Shown: positions 50,884 through 60,573, numbered from the stretch's first letter. The stretch is DNA of 64,000 bases from an uncultured delta proteobacterium (GCA_963743305.1 CAVUPH010000006.1:1-64000), one strand, 5' to 3'. Notes: a model not told the origin generated them from the sequence alone. Program-made: numbers and translations.

Positions 50884-51494
50884 CCATGATCTCTATTTTA
50901 AAATTAATCCCTTTCCTCTCTTTGCTCCTCTGGTGCGGATGCGCCCAGGTCGAAAAAGAGGTAAAGTCTATTCAGGAAGGATTCATCAAGGGAGTCGAAG
51001 ACACCAAAAAGGCCGTCACTCCGGCGGACAGCAAGCCCAAACAACCAGCCAAAGCAGCTAAAGCAGCCGAAGCTCCTGCTAAACCACCGGAACCGGTGAA
51101 GCCCAAAGAGATCCCGCCTCCACCGCCGGGGCCGGAACCCGTGGCTTCCAAGGAATCGCCGCCGGTTCCGGCCCCGGCCAAGGCAGCGGTCCCTGATGGA
51201 TTCATCCTCCACAAAGTCCTGGCGGGTGAAACCCTGGCCACCATTGCCAAATGGTACAACGGCAAATCCACGGCCTGGAAGGCGATAGCTCCTCATAATC
51301 CCGGGGTCCCCCCTTTTCGCCTGAAGGTCGGCCAACAGATTAAAGTGCCCAAGTCCCTGGCCATTGCCCACCAGGAGCAGCCCGATTTTTCAACGGCCAC
51401 CGGCCCTCCGGCCGGCAAAAAACCCCCTCAGGAATCGGAAACCTCCGAGGGGTCCAAGCCCGCACCCTCCAAATCGGTATTTGGACCCAAGTAG
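50880..51494 (+). CDS. LysM lipoprotein ending FGPK
   Basis: LWCGC lipobox; HKVLAGETLATIAKWY..LKVGQQIKVP. Confidence 0.85.
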   Translation: MTMISILKLIPFLSLLLWCGCAQVEKEVKSIQEGFIKGVEDTKKAVTPADSKPKQPAKAAKAAEAPAKPPEPVKPKEIPPPPPGPEPVASKESPPVPAPAKAAVPDGFILHKVLAGETLATIAKWYNGKSTAWKAIAPHNPGVPPFRLKVGQQIKVPKSLAIAHQEQPDFSTATGPPAGKKPPQESETSEGSKPAPSKSVFGPK

Positions 51495-51585
51495 CCTTAT
51501 AGGACTAAAATCCTGATATGATAATAGCCAATAGACCGAAAATTCCTGGGCTATCAAGGACCACCAATTTTTTGGGAGAACGCCC

Positions 51586-52779
51586 ATGACCTCGTTTCGA
51601 CCAATCGCCGTTCTGGCCACCGGGATTTTTTTTATTTTTCTGACCTCCGGCGCCAAGACCGCCCAGCAGACTATTTCCCTTGAATATAAACCCAATGCCA
51701 AATTAGAGGCTTCGCCGGCTTCCGTCACCCCGTTGAGGATATTCTTTGGTACATTTAAAGATGAGAGGTCTGATCCGAGGCAGATCGGGGAAAACCTGGA
51801 AGACAAGGCGGAACGGGTGGTCATAACCACCGACGACCCGGCAGCGCCAAGTGAATTCATCGGAGCGTCCCTGGCCAGCGTATTCAGAAAAAAAGGATTC
51901 AAGGTGGTAGATCAGGCCGGAAGGGCCGACAAGATCGTCGACGGATCACTGCTTAAATTCTGGACGGTGGAGACCAGCCGCTATGTTACCAAGACCCAGA
52001 TCAAGATGGAAGTCCGGGATCCCTCCGGACGGGTCACCTTCAGCCGCCTGGTCACCGGAACCGGAAAAAATTTCGGGCGGAGTTTATCGGAGACCAATTA
52101 TAATGAAAGCTTCAGCGACTCCCTGGTCATGATCATCGAGACGCTCTTCGGGGACCAGGATTTTATCAAGGCCCTCAGTGAAAAGCCTGTTCAGGCTCAA
52201 CCGCCAGTCCCTGCACCCGCCGTGGCCAAAGAACTTCCAGGCACCGCGGCTAAAGCGCCGGTCAAATTGCCGGAACCGGTGGTTGAACGTCCCCCGCTGC
52301 CCGTGAAGCCGGAAAGCCTGCCCCCAACCGCAAGAGCTAGAGGACCCGAACGGCAGGCAGTCCCGGAACCGGCCAAAGTTCAAAGTCCCATGACCGCCAA
52401 AACTGAAACGGTCCCGCCCGAAACCAGACCGGTTAAAGTCGTCCCGCCGGAGCCGGAAAAGCCTCAACCGGAAATCATCGAGCACTGGGTATTCCCCGGT
52501 GAAACCATGGCCACTATTGCCAAATGGTACTCCGGCGATACGACCCGCTGGCCGGTAATCGCCCAACACAATCCGGAGTTGAGTCCCTTTAGACTCAAAG
52601 GAGGCGAGGTGGTGCGGGTGCCCCTCTCCCTGGCCACGGTGCATTCGGAACAACCGGAGCACTCCACGGCGGTCGGCCCGGCATCCAAGCCGGTCAAGAA
52701 AGTACCGAAAGTACCGCCGCCCCCCCCGGCGACCGAGGCAGCCCCGGCTCCGGCGATACCGGTTTTTGGTCCCAAGTAG
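51586..52779 (+). CDS. Secreted YajG-like + LysM protein ending FGPK
   Basis: Signal peptide; FKDER..IGEN..LKFWTVET; HWVFPGETMATIAKWY. Confidence 0.8.
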   Translation: MTSFRPIAVLATGIFFIFLTSGAKTAQQTISLEYKPNAKLEASPASVTPLRIFFGTFKDERSDPRQIGENLEDKAERVVITTDDPAAPSEFIGASLASVFRKKGFKVVDQAGRADKIVDGSLLKFWTVETSRYVTKTQIKMEVRDPSGRVTFSRLVTGTGKNFGRSLSETNYNESFSDSLVMIIETLFGDQDFIKALSEKPVQAQPPVPAPAVAKELPGTAAKAPVKLPEPVVERPPLPVKPESLPPTARARGPERQAVPEPAKVQSPMTAKTETVPPETRPVKVVPPEPEKPQPEIIEHWVFPGETMATIAKWYSGDTTRWPVIAQHNPELSPFRLKGGEVVRVPLSLATVHSEQPEHSTAVGPASKPVKKVPKVPPPPPATEAAPAPAIPVFGPK

Positions 52780-52827
52780 TAGGTTTCGTATGAAAAGCCT
52801 AATCTAATCGAATGGAGAGGTCGAACC

Positions 52828-53852
52828 GTGAAAAAAGTAGGAATTATATTAGCGGTCTTATTGTTGGGGGCAGGATTCATCGAAGCCCGTGGATCCGAGC
52901 AGACCATCCAGGTGGAATACAAGCCCAATACCAAGGTAAAAAGTTCGCCGTCCTCGGTTTCTTCACAAAAAATTTTTTTTGACGAGTTCCGTGATCAGCG
53001 TTCCCAACCGCGCCTGCTGGGTGAAAACTTGGAAGACAGAGGGAACCGGGTCCTAGTGGTTTCTTCCGACCCTCAGGCGGCCGGAAACCTGGTTAAGTCC
53101 GCCCTGAATAAGGAATTTAGGAATAAAGGATTTTCCGTGGTCGGCAGCCCGGGGGCGGCTGAAAAAATCATTGGCGGATCCCTGGTAAAATTCTGGACGG
53201 TGGAAACCAACCGCTATAACACAGAGACCCTGTTAAGACTGGAAGTGCGCGACAAGAACGGTCGGGTTCTTTTCCAAAAAAATTATTCCGGCTCAGGAAA
53301 AAACTTCGGGCGCAGCCTGTCGGAAACCAACTATAATGAGAGTTTCAGCGATTCCCTGGTGATGATTACGGAAGCCCTTTTTTCCGACCATGAATTTCTC
53401 AAGGCCCTGGCCGAGAAACCAGCGGTGTTGCGGGCCGAAGAGAAAGCCCCTGCCGCTCCTCGGGCCGCGCCTTCTCCTGCTCCATCTCCCGCGTCTTCCC
53501 CCGCTCCGCTGACCCCGGCTATTTCTGAGCCCCCGCCCCGAAGGGAGACTACATTTTTCACAAAGTCTATGCCGGCGAAACCCTGGCTACCATTGCCAAG
53601 TGGTATTCAGGGAATGCCAACAACTGGAAGGTGCTGGCCAGCCACAACCTGGATAAGGAGCCTTTTAAATTGAAAGCCCAGGAAGTGGTCAGGATCCCGC
53701 TATCGCTGGCTTCGGTCAATAAGGAGCAGCCCGGTTTTTCAACGGCCTCCACCAAGGCCAGTGTACGCAAGGGCAAAAAAATACCCTCCTCCTCGCCGGC
53801 GGCGCCTGGGTCGACGCCGCCCATAACCGGACCGGCCTTTGGCCCCAAATAA
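52828..53852 (+). CDS. Secreted YajG-like + LysM protein ending FGPK (frameshift near 53545)
   Basis: Paralog of 51586 (KNFGRSLSETNYNESFSDSLVMI identical); HKVYAGETLATIAKWY in the second frame. Confidence 0.8.
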
Positions 53853-53943
53853 AGGCGTTGCCGGTGCCTGGATGCAAGTTGTCAGTTGAAAAAACGGGAA
53901 GTCAGCCCTGTTATTCTCTGGTAAGAGGGTCACCGTTCGATGT

Positions 53944-54540
53944 TCATTTTGGCATGAAAAAGCCCCGCCCGACGAGATAAACCTCCGGGCTTTCCTGCCG
54001 GGAGCTGCGGGGTTTTTCGGTGTCGACCTGTCTAAAAAATTCTTTCATTCTGTTATGAAAGGCCAGGGAGTCTTCTCCCTGAAAAAGCTTCACTAAAAAC
54101 CCCCCACCAGGTTTCAGGAGCCAGGCGGCGATTTCCAGGGCCCTCTGGGCCAAATCCAAAGATCGTTGGTGGTCCAACCATTTGATGCCCGAGGTATGGG
54201 GAGCCAAATCGCTCAACACCAGGTCTACCTCATGGCTCCAATCCGGCAATTGTTCCCGGGACAGGGTCAGGACATCGGCCTCAAGAAAAGCAATCGGGGG
54301 TTCCAGGGGAATGATCGGGGGCTTTTGGTCGATCCCCAAAATCCTTCCCTGGGGCCCGACGATTTGGGAACAGTACCGAAGCCATGATCCGGGATGACAT
54401 CCCAGATCGACTACGCAAATTCCTGGACGGATCAAGCGGTAGCGTTGCTGAATCTCTTTCAGTTTGAACACGGAGCGGGCCGGAAAGCCCTCTTGTTTAG
54501 CTTTGCCCCGGTAGGAATCTTTAATCCCTGGGTGGGCCAT
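53944..54540 (-). CDS. rlmE: 23S rRNA Um2552 methyltransferase
   Basis: ARSVFKLKEI, VDLGCHPGSW, SDLAP, KP.SSR.ES.EVY. Confidence 0.93.
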   Translation of the reverse strand: MAHPGIKDSYRGKAKQEGFPARSVFKLKEIQQRYRLIRPGICVVDLGCHPGSWLRYCSQIVGPQGRILGIDQKPPIIPLEPPIAFLEADVLTLSREQLPDWSHEVDLVLSDLAPHTSGIKWLDHQRSLDLAQRALEIAAWLLKPGGGFLVKLFQGEDSLAFHNRMKEFFRQVDTEKPRSSRQESPEVYLVGRGFFMPK

Positions 54541-54642
54541 AGAGACCTCCATTCAAAATTCGAAGTCCGATGAAATGTAAGAATGGTAATGCTGGGGAAA
54601 GAAGGAGGGTGGTAGCGGTGAATCTGGAAAGGAAGGGGGAAT

Positions 54643-54825
54643 TTAGGATTTCTTCTTGCCCTCCCAATATTCCCGAAATTCAAAGGCGTAATTTTTGACC
54701 CAATCCCAGACCGCCTGATCACCCAGGTCATACCCGGCTTTTTCCGACTCAATCCATTTGTGCTTTAAGATTTCTTCCAGTTCCAGCCGCAGGATCTCAA
54801 CATTATTCATGGGTTCTTTCTCCAT
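54643..54825 (-). CDS. Small conserved-looking protein (DUF4032-like)
   Basis: EILKHKWIESEKAGYDLG..AVWDWV. Confidence 0.7.
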   Translation of the reverse strand: MEKEPMNNVEILRLELEEILKHKWIESEKAGYDLGDQAVWDWVKNYAFEFREYWEGKKKS

Positions 54826-54834
54826 GGCCTGGCC

Positions 54835-55530
54835 TTAGAGCAGGTTGTTTTCCAAAAAACTGAAATGTTCTTCCCGACCGATAATCAAATGGTCATGGAT
54901 CTTAATCTGTAAATTTTGGGCCGCCTGGACCAGAATTCGGGTCAGTTCCTTGTCTTCCAGCGACGGGGTAACCGATCCGCTGGGATGATTGTGAACCATG
55001 ATCAACGCCGTGGCCTTGAGTTGAATAGCCCTTTCCAAAACCTTGCGCGGGTAGACGACGGTTTGGTCCACCGTTCCCTCCTGAAGCACTTCGTCCCGTA
55101 TCACCTGATTTCGGGTATTCAGATAGACCAACCGGAACTGCTCGTCTTTCAGCCAGCCCATTTTGGAATGGCAGTAATTCAATAAATCCCTGGGGGACGC
55201 GATAATATCGGCGGAATTCAGGAGTTTTTCCCCCAGATAACGATCCGAGGCTTCCTTGATCAGTTTAAACAAAAGAGCGGTATGGTCGGAAACCCCTTTG
55301 ATCTTTTTGATTTCTTCCGTCGGTGCTTCCAGGAGGCCCCGGAAGGAGCCAAAAGTATGCAGCAACTTCTTGGCTAAGGGTTTTACATCTTTCCGGGCCA
55401 GGGCGTAGGTCAAAATGACTTCCACCACCTCGTAGTCCTGGAATGAAACCAAACCCATCCCCGACAGGCGGTCTTTAAGCCTCTGGCGGTGATCCCAATA
55501 ATGGGGGGTGCCGTTTATTTCAGTAATAAT
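54835..55530 (-). CDS. radC: RadC (JAB domain) protein
   Basis: HNHPSG..PS.ED and IHDHLII; frame extends upstream to HYWDHRQRLKDR with an ATT after SD AAGGA. Confidence 0.92.
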   Translation of the reverse strand: MITEINGTPHYWDHRQRLKDRLSGMGLVSFQDYEVVEVILTYALARKDVKPLAKKLLHTFGSFRGLLEAPTEEIKKIKGVSDHTALLFKLIKEASDRYLGEKLLNSADIIASPRDLLNYCHSKMGWLKDEQFRLVYLNTRNQVIRDEVLQEGTVDQTVVYPRKVLERAIQLKATALIMVHNHPSGSVTPSLEDKELTRILVQAAQNLQIKIHDHLIIGREEHFSFLENNLL

Positions 55531-55702
55531 TTATGGTTCCTTATAGACAAAAGGAAATTATAAATCAATGAATTTTAACACAGGTGGAAGTAATTCTTCA
55601 ATTTATTTTAGAGGGAGGGATTCGGGGATTCACCCTTTCAATAGCGGATATATCAATCGATGGACGAGAGGTTTTCGAGAGGTTCTGATAATATCGGAAA
55701 GT

Positions 55703-55897
55703 TTAGGCCTTGTTCTCTTTATCGATCTCTTTAGGTTGGCTTGGAGGTTCCTTTTCATCTTCGCCGCTCACGCTGGTTTTAAATTCCCGGATGCTCTTTC
55801 CCAATCCCTTACCGATCTCGGGTAACTTTTTGGCCCCGAATATAAACAGGGCAATTCCTAAAATTATGATTAATTCCTGTGTCCCCAAACCAAACAT
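55703..55897 (-). CDS. tatA: Twin-arginine translocase TatA/E
   Basis: MFGLGTQELIII..FGAKKLPEIGKGLGKSIREFK. Confidence 0.95.
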   Translation of the reverse strand: MFGLGTQELIIILGIALFIFGAKKLPEIGKGLGKSIREFKTSVSGEDEKEPPSQPKEIDKENKA

Positions 55898-55919
55898 AAC
55901 TGCTCCTTCATCTTAGAGA

Positions 55920-56096
55920 TTAATGCTCGGATTCCCGCAGGTTACGCCTGGTCTTCAAAGACACCACCACCAGGGTAACCCCGATCACCGTCAACACCAG
56001 GTAAGCCAAGCCTAAAAAAACAAAATGCCCCGCATCCCAGGGGACATCCCAGGGGAGTATGCTCCAGACACTATGAGTACTCAATGTTCCCGACAT
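55920..56096 (-). CDS. 58-aa single-TM protein upstream of tatA (below the ORF-track cutoff)
   Basis: SD GAGGAGG; MSGTLSTHSVWSILPWDVPWDAGHFVFLGLAYLVLTVIGVTLVVVSLKTRRNLRESEH. Confidence 0.75.
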   Translation of the reverse strand: MSGTLSTHSVWSILPWDVPWDAGHFVFLGLAYLVLTVIGVTLVVVSLKTRRNLRESEH

Positions 56097-56275
56097 AGTT
56101 GCCTCCTCAATAAACTCTTATGTTTTTTTAACAGAACTTATCGTCCTTGTCAACTTTTTCTTGACAGATGCACCGGGTTTGGTTATATGTTCATAATTTT
56201 TAAGTGGTTTTTCTAAATAAACGGTAACTGTTGGAAATTAAAAAATAAACTATTTGAAAGGAGGTGAAATATAGG

Positions 56276-56707
56276 ATGAAAAAAAGTTTAGCGGTGATGT
56301 CTATCCTCTTGGCCTTTGTTTTTTCCCTGAGCGTGATGGCTTGGGTCTATGCGGCTGACCAGAAGGTGCCCGATACCCTTAAGATCGATAACGACAAGGG
56401 CTTGTTTAAAGACGGCAAACGCACTAAGGCGGCCGTGGAATTCACCCACAAGAAACACGTCGAAATGCATAAGATCGCCTGCGCCGAGTGCCACCACGAC
56501 TACAAGGACGGGAAAAATATCTGGAAACAGGGAGACAAGGTCCAGAAGTGCAGCGAATGCCACAAGGTGGCCGCAGAGGGTAAGAAGTTGAATCTACAAC
56601 TGGCCTACCACAAAAATTGCCAGGACTGCCATAAGAAGCTGAAAGCCGAAGGCAAAAAGACCGGTCCCACCACGTGCGCGCAATGCCACCCGGTGGAAAA
56701 GAAGTAG
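56276..56707 (+). CDS. Periplasmic tetraheme cytochrome c3
   Basis: Signal peptide; FTHKKH; CAECH, CSECH, CQDCH and CAQCH. Confidence 0.93.
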   Translation: MKKSLAVMSILLAFVFSLSVMAWVYAADQKVPDTLKIDNDKGLFKDGKRTKAAVEFTHKKHVEMHKIACAECHHDYKDGKNIWKQGDKVQKCSECHKVAAEGKKLNLQLAYHKNCQDCHKKLKAEGKKTGPTTCAQCHPVEKK

Positions 56708-56726
56708 GTATTTAAGTAGAGACATG

Positions 56727-56768
56727 CGAAAAAGGCCTGTGGATTTAGCCGTCCACAGGCCTTTTTCG
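56727..56768. terminator. Bidirectional intrinsic terminator
   Basis: CGAAAAAGGCCTGTGGA-8-TCCACAGGCCTTTTTCG between the convergent c3 and ferredoxin genes. Confidence 0.9.
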
Positions 56769-56776
56769 TTTGGAAA

Positions 56777-56962
56777 TCAGGCTTCCGTGATCGTAATGGC
56801 GGCCGGCTCGCATACCTCCAGACAGCTCTCGCAGCCCAAACATTCGTCGGCCCGCACCGGGACCGACCTCCCGTCCTGTAATTCGTAGACGTCTACCGGG
56901 CAAACCTCGATGCACTCCTCATCCCCTATGCACTTTTCTGGATCGACTGTTACTTTGAACAT
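56777..56962 (-). CDS. Dicluster ferredoxin
   Basis: CIGDEECIEVCP and CLGCESCLEVCE. Confidence 0.92.
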   Translation of the reverse strand: MFKVTVDPEKCIGDEECIEVCPVDVYELQDGRSVPVRADECLGCESCLEVCEPAAITITEA

Positions 56963-57028
56963 ACCCGTTGACCCTCTTGTAATATTATTTTTGTCGAAAC
57001 GTTATATTAGGGAAGGGTCCCTGAGCTG

Positions 57029-57799
57029 TCAAGGTAAAAGGATTTGGCCAAGAGGTTTAATCGGGATGCCCGCTTCTCGCAAGGCCTCCCCAATCGTTTT
57101 GGCTAACATCCACGCCCCGGGGGTGTCCCCGTGAAGGCAGAGGGTATCGGCTTTCAGTTCGATCTCCGGCCCCTCAATAGTGATCACGGTCCCCCGGGTT
57201 ATCAACCGGACTGTCCGCTCCCTGACCTGCTCCACCTCCTGGATTACCGCTCCCGGCAGGTGGCGCGGGGCCAATCGACCATCCGCCAGGTAAGCCCGGT
57301 CGGGAAACACTTCCTGGGCTACTTTCAAACCCGTCGACCCGGCCATTTCCGCCAGGCGGGAACCGGACAGGGCCACCAGAATCAATTCGGGATCATAGGC
57401 CCTAACCGCCTCGATGATTTCCCGGGCTGTTTTTTCATCCCGGGCAGCCAGGTTGTACAAGGCCCCGTGCGGTTTGACATGCTGCAGTTTGATTTCATTC
57501 ACTCGACAAAAAGCGGCCAAGGCCCCCACTTGGTAGAGGATATAGCGCCTTACCTCTCCGGGGAAGGTCTCCAAAATACGCCGGCCATATCCTAAAAGAT
57601 CCGGGAAGCCTGGATGGGCACCCACGGCCACCCCGTGTTCCTTGGCCAATTGCACGGTCTGATCCATGACCGAGGGGTCGCCCGCATGATAGCCGCAGGC
57701 GATATTGACGGAGCTTATATAGGGGATAATCTTTTCATCCTCGCCGATTCGGTAGGAGCCAAAACTCTCTCCCATATCGCAATTTATATCGATACTCAT
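57029..57799 (-). CDS. pxpA: 5-oxoprolinase subunit A (LamB/YcsF)
   Basis: DINCDMGESFG, NIACGYHAGD, HVKPHGALYN and CLHGD motifs. Confidence 0.93.
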   Translation of the reverse strand: MSIDINCDMGESFGSYRIGEDEKIIPYISSVNIACGYHAGDPSVMDQTVQLAKEHGVAVGAHPGFPDLLGYGRRILETFPGEVRRYILYQVGALAAFCRVNEIKLQHVKPHGALYNLAARDEKTAREIIEAVRAYDPELILVALSGSRLAEMAGSTGLKVAQEVFPDRAYLADGRLAPRHLPGAVIQEVEQVRERTVRLITRGTVITIEGPEIELKADTLCLHGDTPGAWMLAKTIGEALREAGIPIKPLGQILLP

Positions 57800-57829
57800 C
57801 TGCTTCCCCCGATTACTAAAAAACGGAAG

Positions 57830-57968
57830 AATGGAATACTGGAATACGGTTGGTCAACCGCTGCCCCGGGTCAGGATGGCCCTCTAGTTATTTCACCTCT
57901 ATTGAGCCAAATCCTTCTCCCGGAATCTTAACCCATCATTCCATATTTCCATTATTCCACTATTCCAT
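57830..57968. repeat. Inverted arrays of octamer-like repeats (TGGAATAC / ATTCCA)
   Basis: aatggaatactggaatac ... cattccatatttccattattccactattcca. Confidence 0.55.
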
Positions 57969-57995
57969 TAGTCCGTCTATTCTCTTATCGGCTGG

Positions 57996-58799
57996 TCAAA
58001 TCACCGCCAGGCTTTCATTGGGAACGTCGGTAATAAACATGTGCCCCGGGGCGTGGGTAATACAAAGATCCGCTTTGATGGACAGGGCGGCCAGGGAGGA
58101 GGTCACCCCGCAGGCCCAGAATACCGGAGTTTCCCCTTTATTAATGGTCACCGGGTCCCCGAAATCCGGACGGCTTAAGTCCCGGATCCCCAAAGCCCGG
58201 GGACTGCCGATATGGATCGGCGCCCCATGGACCGAGGCATAGCGAGAGGTGATCTGGACCGCCCTGGGGACCAGGGCCTCCGGGATAGGCCGCATGGTCA
58301 CCACCAAGGGGGCCTTAAATGGACCGGCCGGATCGCAGGAACGGTTGGTCACATACATGGAAACATTTTTATTTTCCTCGATATTGCGGACCGGTACCCC
58401 GGCTTGGACTAGAGCCTCCTCGAAACTGAAGCTGCACCCCAAGAGAAAAGTGACCAGGCCTTGATTAAACCAGGCGCGGATGTTCTTCACTTCCTGAACC
58501 AATTGCCCCTTTTTCCAAATCCGGTACAGAGGCAGGTCGGTAGTGATATCGGCCCCGGGTGCGGTCCTGATCGGTTCTTTTTCACCCGGCTCCATTACTT
58601 CCAGAACCGGGCAGGGTTTGGGATTCCTCTGGCAGAAGAGGAGGAAATCAAAGGCCACCCGTCGCTCCAGAATGACCATGTTGGCCTGGGCAAATCCCGA
58701 GGCCAGGCCGGAAGTGGGTTTGGCCCAGCGCCCTTTCCGGCATCGCTCTCGAATCGCCCGGGGAGGGAACGGGCCCGGGGGGAGGTTAGTCATACTCAT
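57996..58799 (-). CDS. DUF1445 putative hydro-lyase / D-glutamate cyclase family
   Basis: QAN, FCQRNPKPCP, GCSFSFE, PVFWACGVT and THAPGHMFITD motifs. Confidence 0.9.
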   Translation of the reverse strand: MSMTNLPPGPFPPRAIRERCRKGRWAKPTSGLASGFAQANMVILERRVAFDFLLFCQRNPKPCPVLEVMEPGEKEPIRTAPGADITTDLPLYRIWKKGQLVQEVKNIRAWFNQGLVTFLLGCSFSFEEALVQAGVPVRNIEENKNVSMYVTNRSCDPAGPFKAPLVVTMRPIPEALVPRAVQITSRYASVHGAPIHIGSPRALGIRDLSRPDFGDPVTINKGETPVFWACGVTSSLAALSIKADLCITHAPGHMFITDVPNESLAVI

Positions 58800-58890
58800 G
58801 CTCCTAAATTAGACCAATAGTTTTTTTTCAAATGGCCAAAAGGCTACCTAGACCTTATAATAAATTCAAAAGAAATCAAGGTGATTCTTT

Positions 58891-60573
58891 ATGAAAATTG
58901 CGCTCATCTATCCCTATTTCCTGGTCGATCGGGTTCATTGGGAAGAAGTGACGGTTCCTCCGATCGGGTTGTATTATATTGGAGCCTTCCTGAAAGAGGC
59001 GGGGCAGGAGGTGGAAATCTGGAACTGGCACAATATCCGGAAATCCCCCGAAAAAATTCGGGAGCTTCTGGAGCTGGAAAGACCGGAGGTCATCGGTTTC
59101 TCCATTCTCCATGCCAATCGCTGGGGTGCCCTTGAGATCGCCCGCATCGCCAAGGAACTAAACCCCGAAGTGAAAATCGTCCTGGGTGGAATCGGGGCTA
59201 CTTTTCTTTGGGAGCACCTCCTGATCCATTTTAAGGAAATCGATTTTATCGTCCTGGGGGAGGGGGAAATCCCCTTGGGGAATCTGATCCGGCACCTCGA
59301 AAAAAAAGGGGCGGCCCACCCGGAGGAGGTGGCAGGAATCGCCTTCCGGAAGAGCGGCAGGCCGGTCCAAACCCGAGCCTCCGAGCCGATCCGGAACCTG
59401 GACCTGCTGCCGGACCCGGCGAAATATTTCACCTTCCAACATGTGGTTTCCAGTAGGGGTTGTGCCTGGGACTGCTCCTTTTGCGGCTCCCCAAAATTCT
59501 GGGGACGCCGGGTCCGGTTCCACTCTCCGGACTACTTTGTCTCTCAACTCGAACGCCTCCACCTGAAAGGAATCGATTTTTTCTATATCTCGGATGACAC
59601 TTTCACAGTGGACAAGGAGCGCCTCATCGCCGTCTGCCGGGGCATTATCGAGCGGCAACTGGTCCTGTCCTGGAATGCCATCTCCCGGGTGGACCGGGTG
59701 GACGAGGAAGTCCTCTACTGGATGCGAAAGGCCGGCTGCCTGCAGATCAGTTACGGGGTGGAGAGCGGCAGTGAAAGAATCCGACAGGCCCTTAACAAAA
59801 CGATTCGAACCGAAGACGTTAAAAGGGCCTTTTCACTGACCAGACGCTACGGCATCCTGGCCCGAGCCTATTTCATCTATGGCGCTCCGGGGGAGTCGGA
59901 GGACACCATCCGCGAGACCCTTGATCTAATCCGGGAAATCAAACCCTTGGGAGCGATCTTCTATCTTCTGGATCTATTCCCGGGGACCGCGCTTTATGAT
60001 CGACTAAGAAAGGAAACCCGGATCACCGATGAAATCTGGCTGAATCAGATCGAGGGAATCCTTTATTATGAAACCGACCCTCGGCTGACCGAAGAAAAAA
60101 TCCTGGAATTTGGCCGGAAGCTTCGGACGACGTTTCTCGAAAACGTTCATTCCTACGCTGGTGAAATTGAGCTCAGCGACCGAAAGGACCTCGACCCACA
60201 AAATGCCGATTTCCTCTCCCGCCTGGGCCTGACTTTCAGCCATGGTGATTTCGCCAAAAAGCAGCAGGTTCGGGAAAAGGCGGCCACAGCGGAGAAGCTC
60301 TTTTGGAAATCCCTCGGCTACGCGCCCGATCATCGCGCCTATTTAGGATTGGGAATGCTGAAACAAAAAGCCGGGGACTTCAGGGAGTCCAATCGCCTGT
60401 TAATCGAGGGGCTCCTTCATTACCCGGACAGCCAAGAACTGACCCTTTGTCTGGGTTTGAATTATCTCAATCTGGGGGATTTCGAAAAGGCCTTGGACTA
60501 CCTGGAGCGTTTCCCGGATTCGGATCAGGCCAATCGTTACGTGGCCCAATGTCGCCGGGCCTTGGGGAAATAG
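58891..60573 (+). CDS. Cobalamin-binding radical SAM protein with C-terminal TPRs
   Basis: PPIGLYYI; SSRGCAWDCSFC; DDTF; GVESGS; TPR tail. Confidence 0.9.
   Translation: MKIALIYPYFLVDRVHWEEVTVPPIGLYYIGAFLKEAGQEVEIWNWHNIRKSPEKIRELLELERPEVIGFSILHANRWGALEIARIAKELNPEVKIVLGGIGATFLWEHLLIHFKEIDFIVLGEGEIPLGNLIRHLEKKGAAHPEEVAGIAFRKSGRPVQTRASEPIRNLDLLPDPAKYFTFQHVVSSRGCAWDCSFCGSPKFWGRRVRFHSPDYFVSQLERLHLKGIDFFYISDDTFTVDKERLIAVCRGIIERQLVLSWNAISRVDRVDEEVLYWMRKAGCLQISYGVESGSERIRQALNKTIRTEDVKRAFSLTRRYGILARAYFIYGAPGESEDTIRETLDLIREIKPLGAIFYLLDLFPGTALYDRLRKETRITDEIWLNQIEGILYYETDPRLTEEKILEFGRKLRTTFLENVHSYAGEIELSDRKDLDPQNADFLSRLGLTFSHGDFAKKQQVREKAATAEKLFWKSLGYAPDHRAYLGLGMLKQKAGDFRESNRLLIEGLLHYPDSQELTLCLGLNYLNLGDFEKALDYLERFPDSDQANRYVAQCRRALGK

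Noticed and set aside
867-53852. Numerous frameshifts (Snf2, DUF975, HD-GYP, feoB, TPR, LysM and others) as programmed frameshifting or mass pseudogenisation
   Set aside because: They are single-base shifts scattered over unrelated genes whose motifs are otherwise intact, so uncorrected long-read indels are the simplest explanation; read polishing would decide
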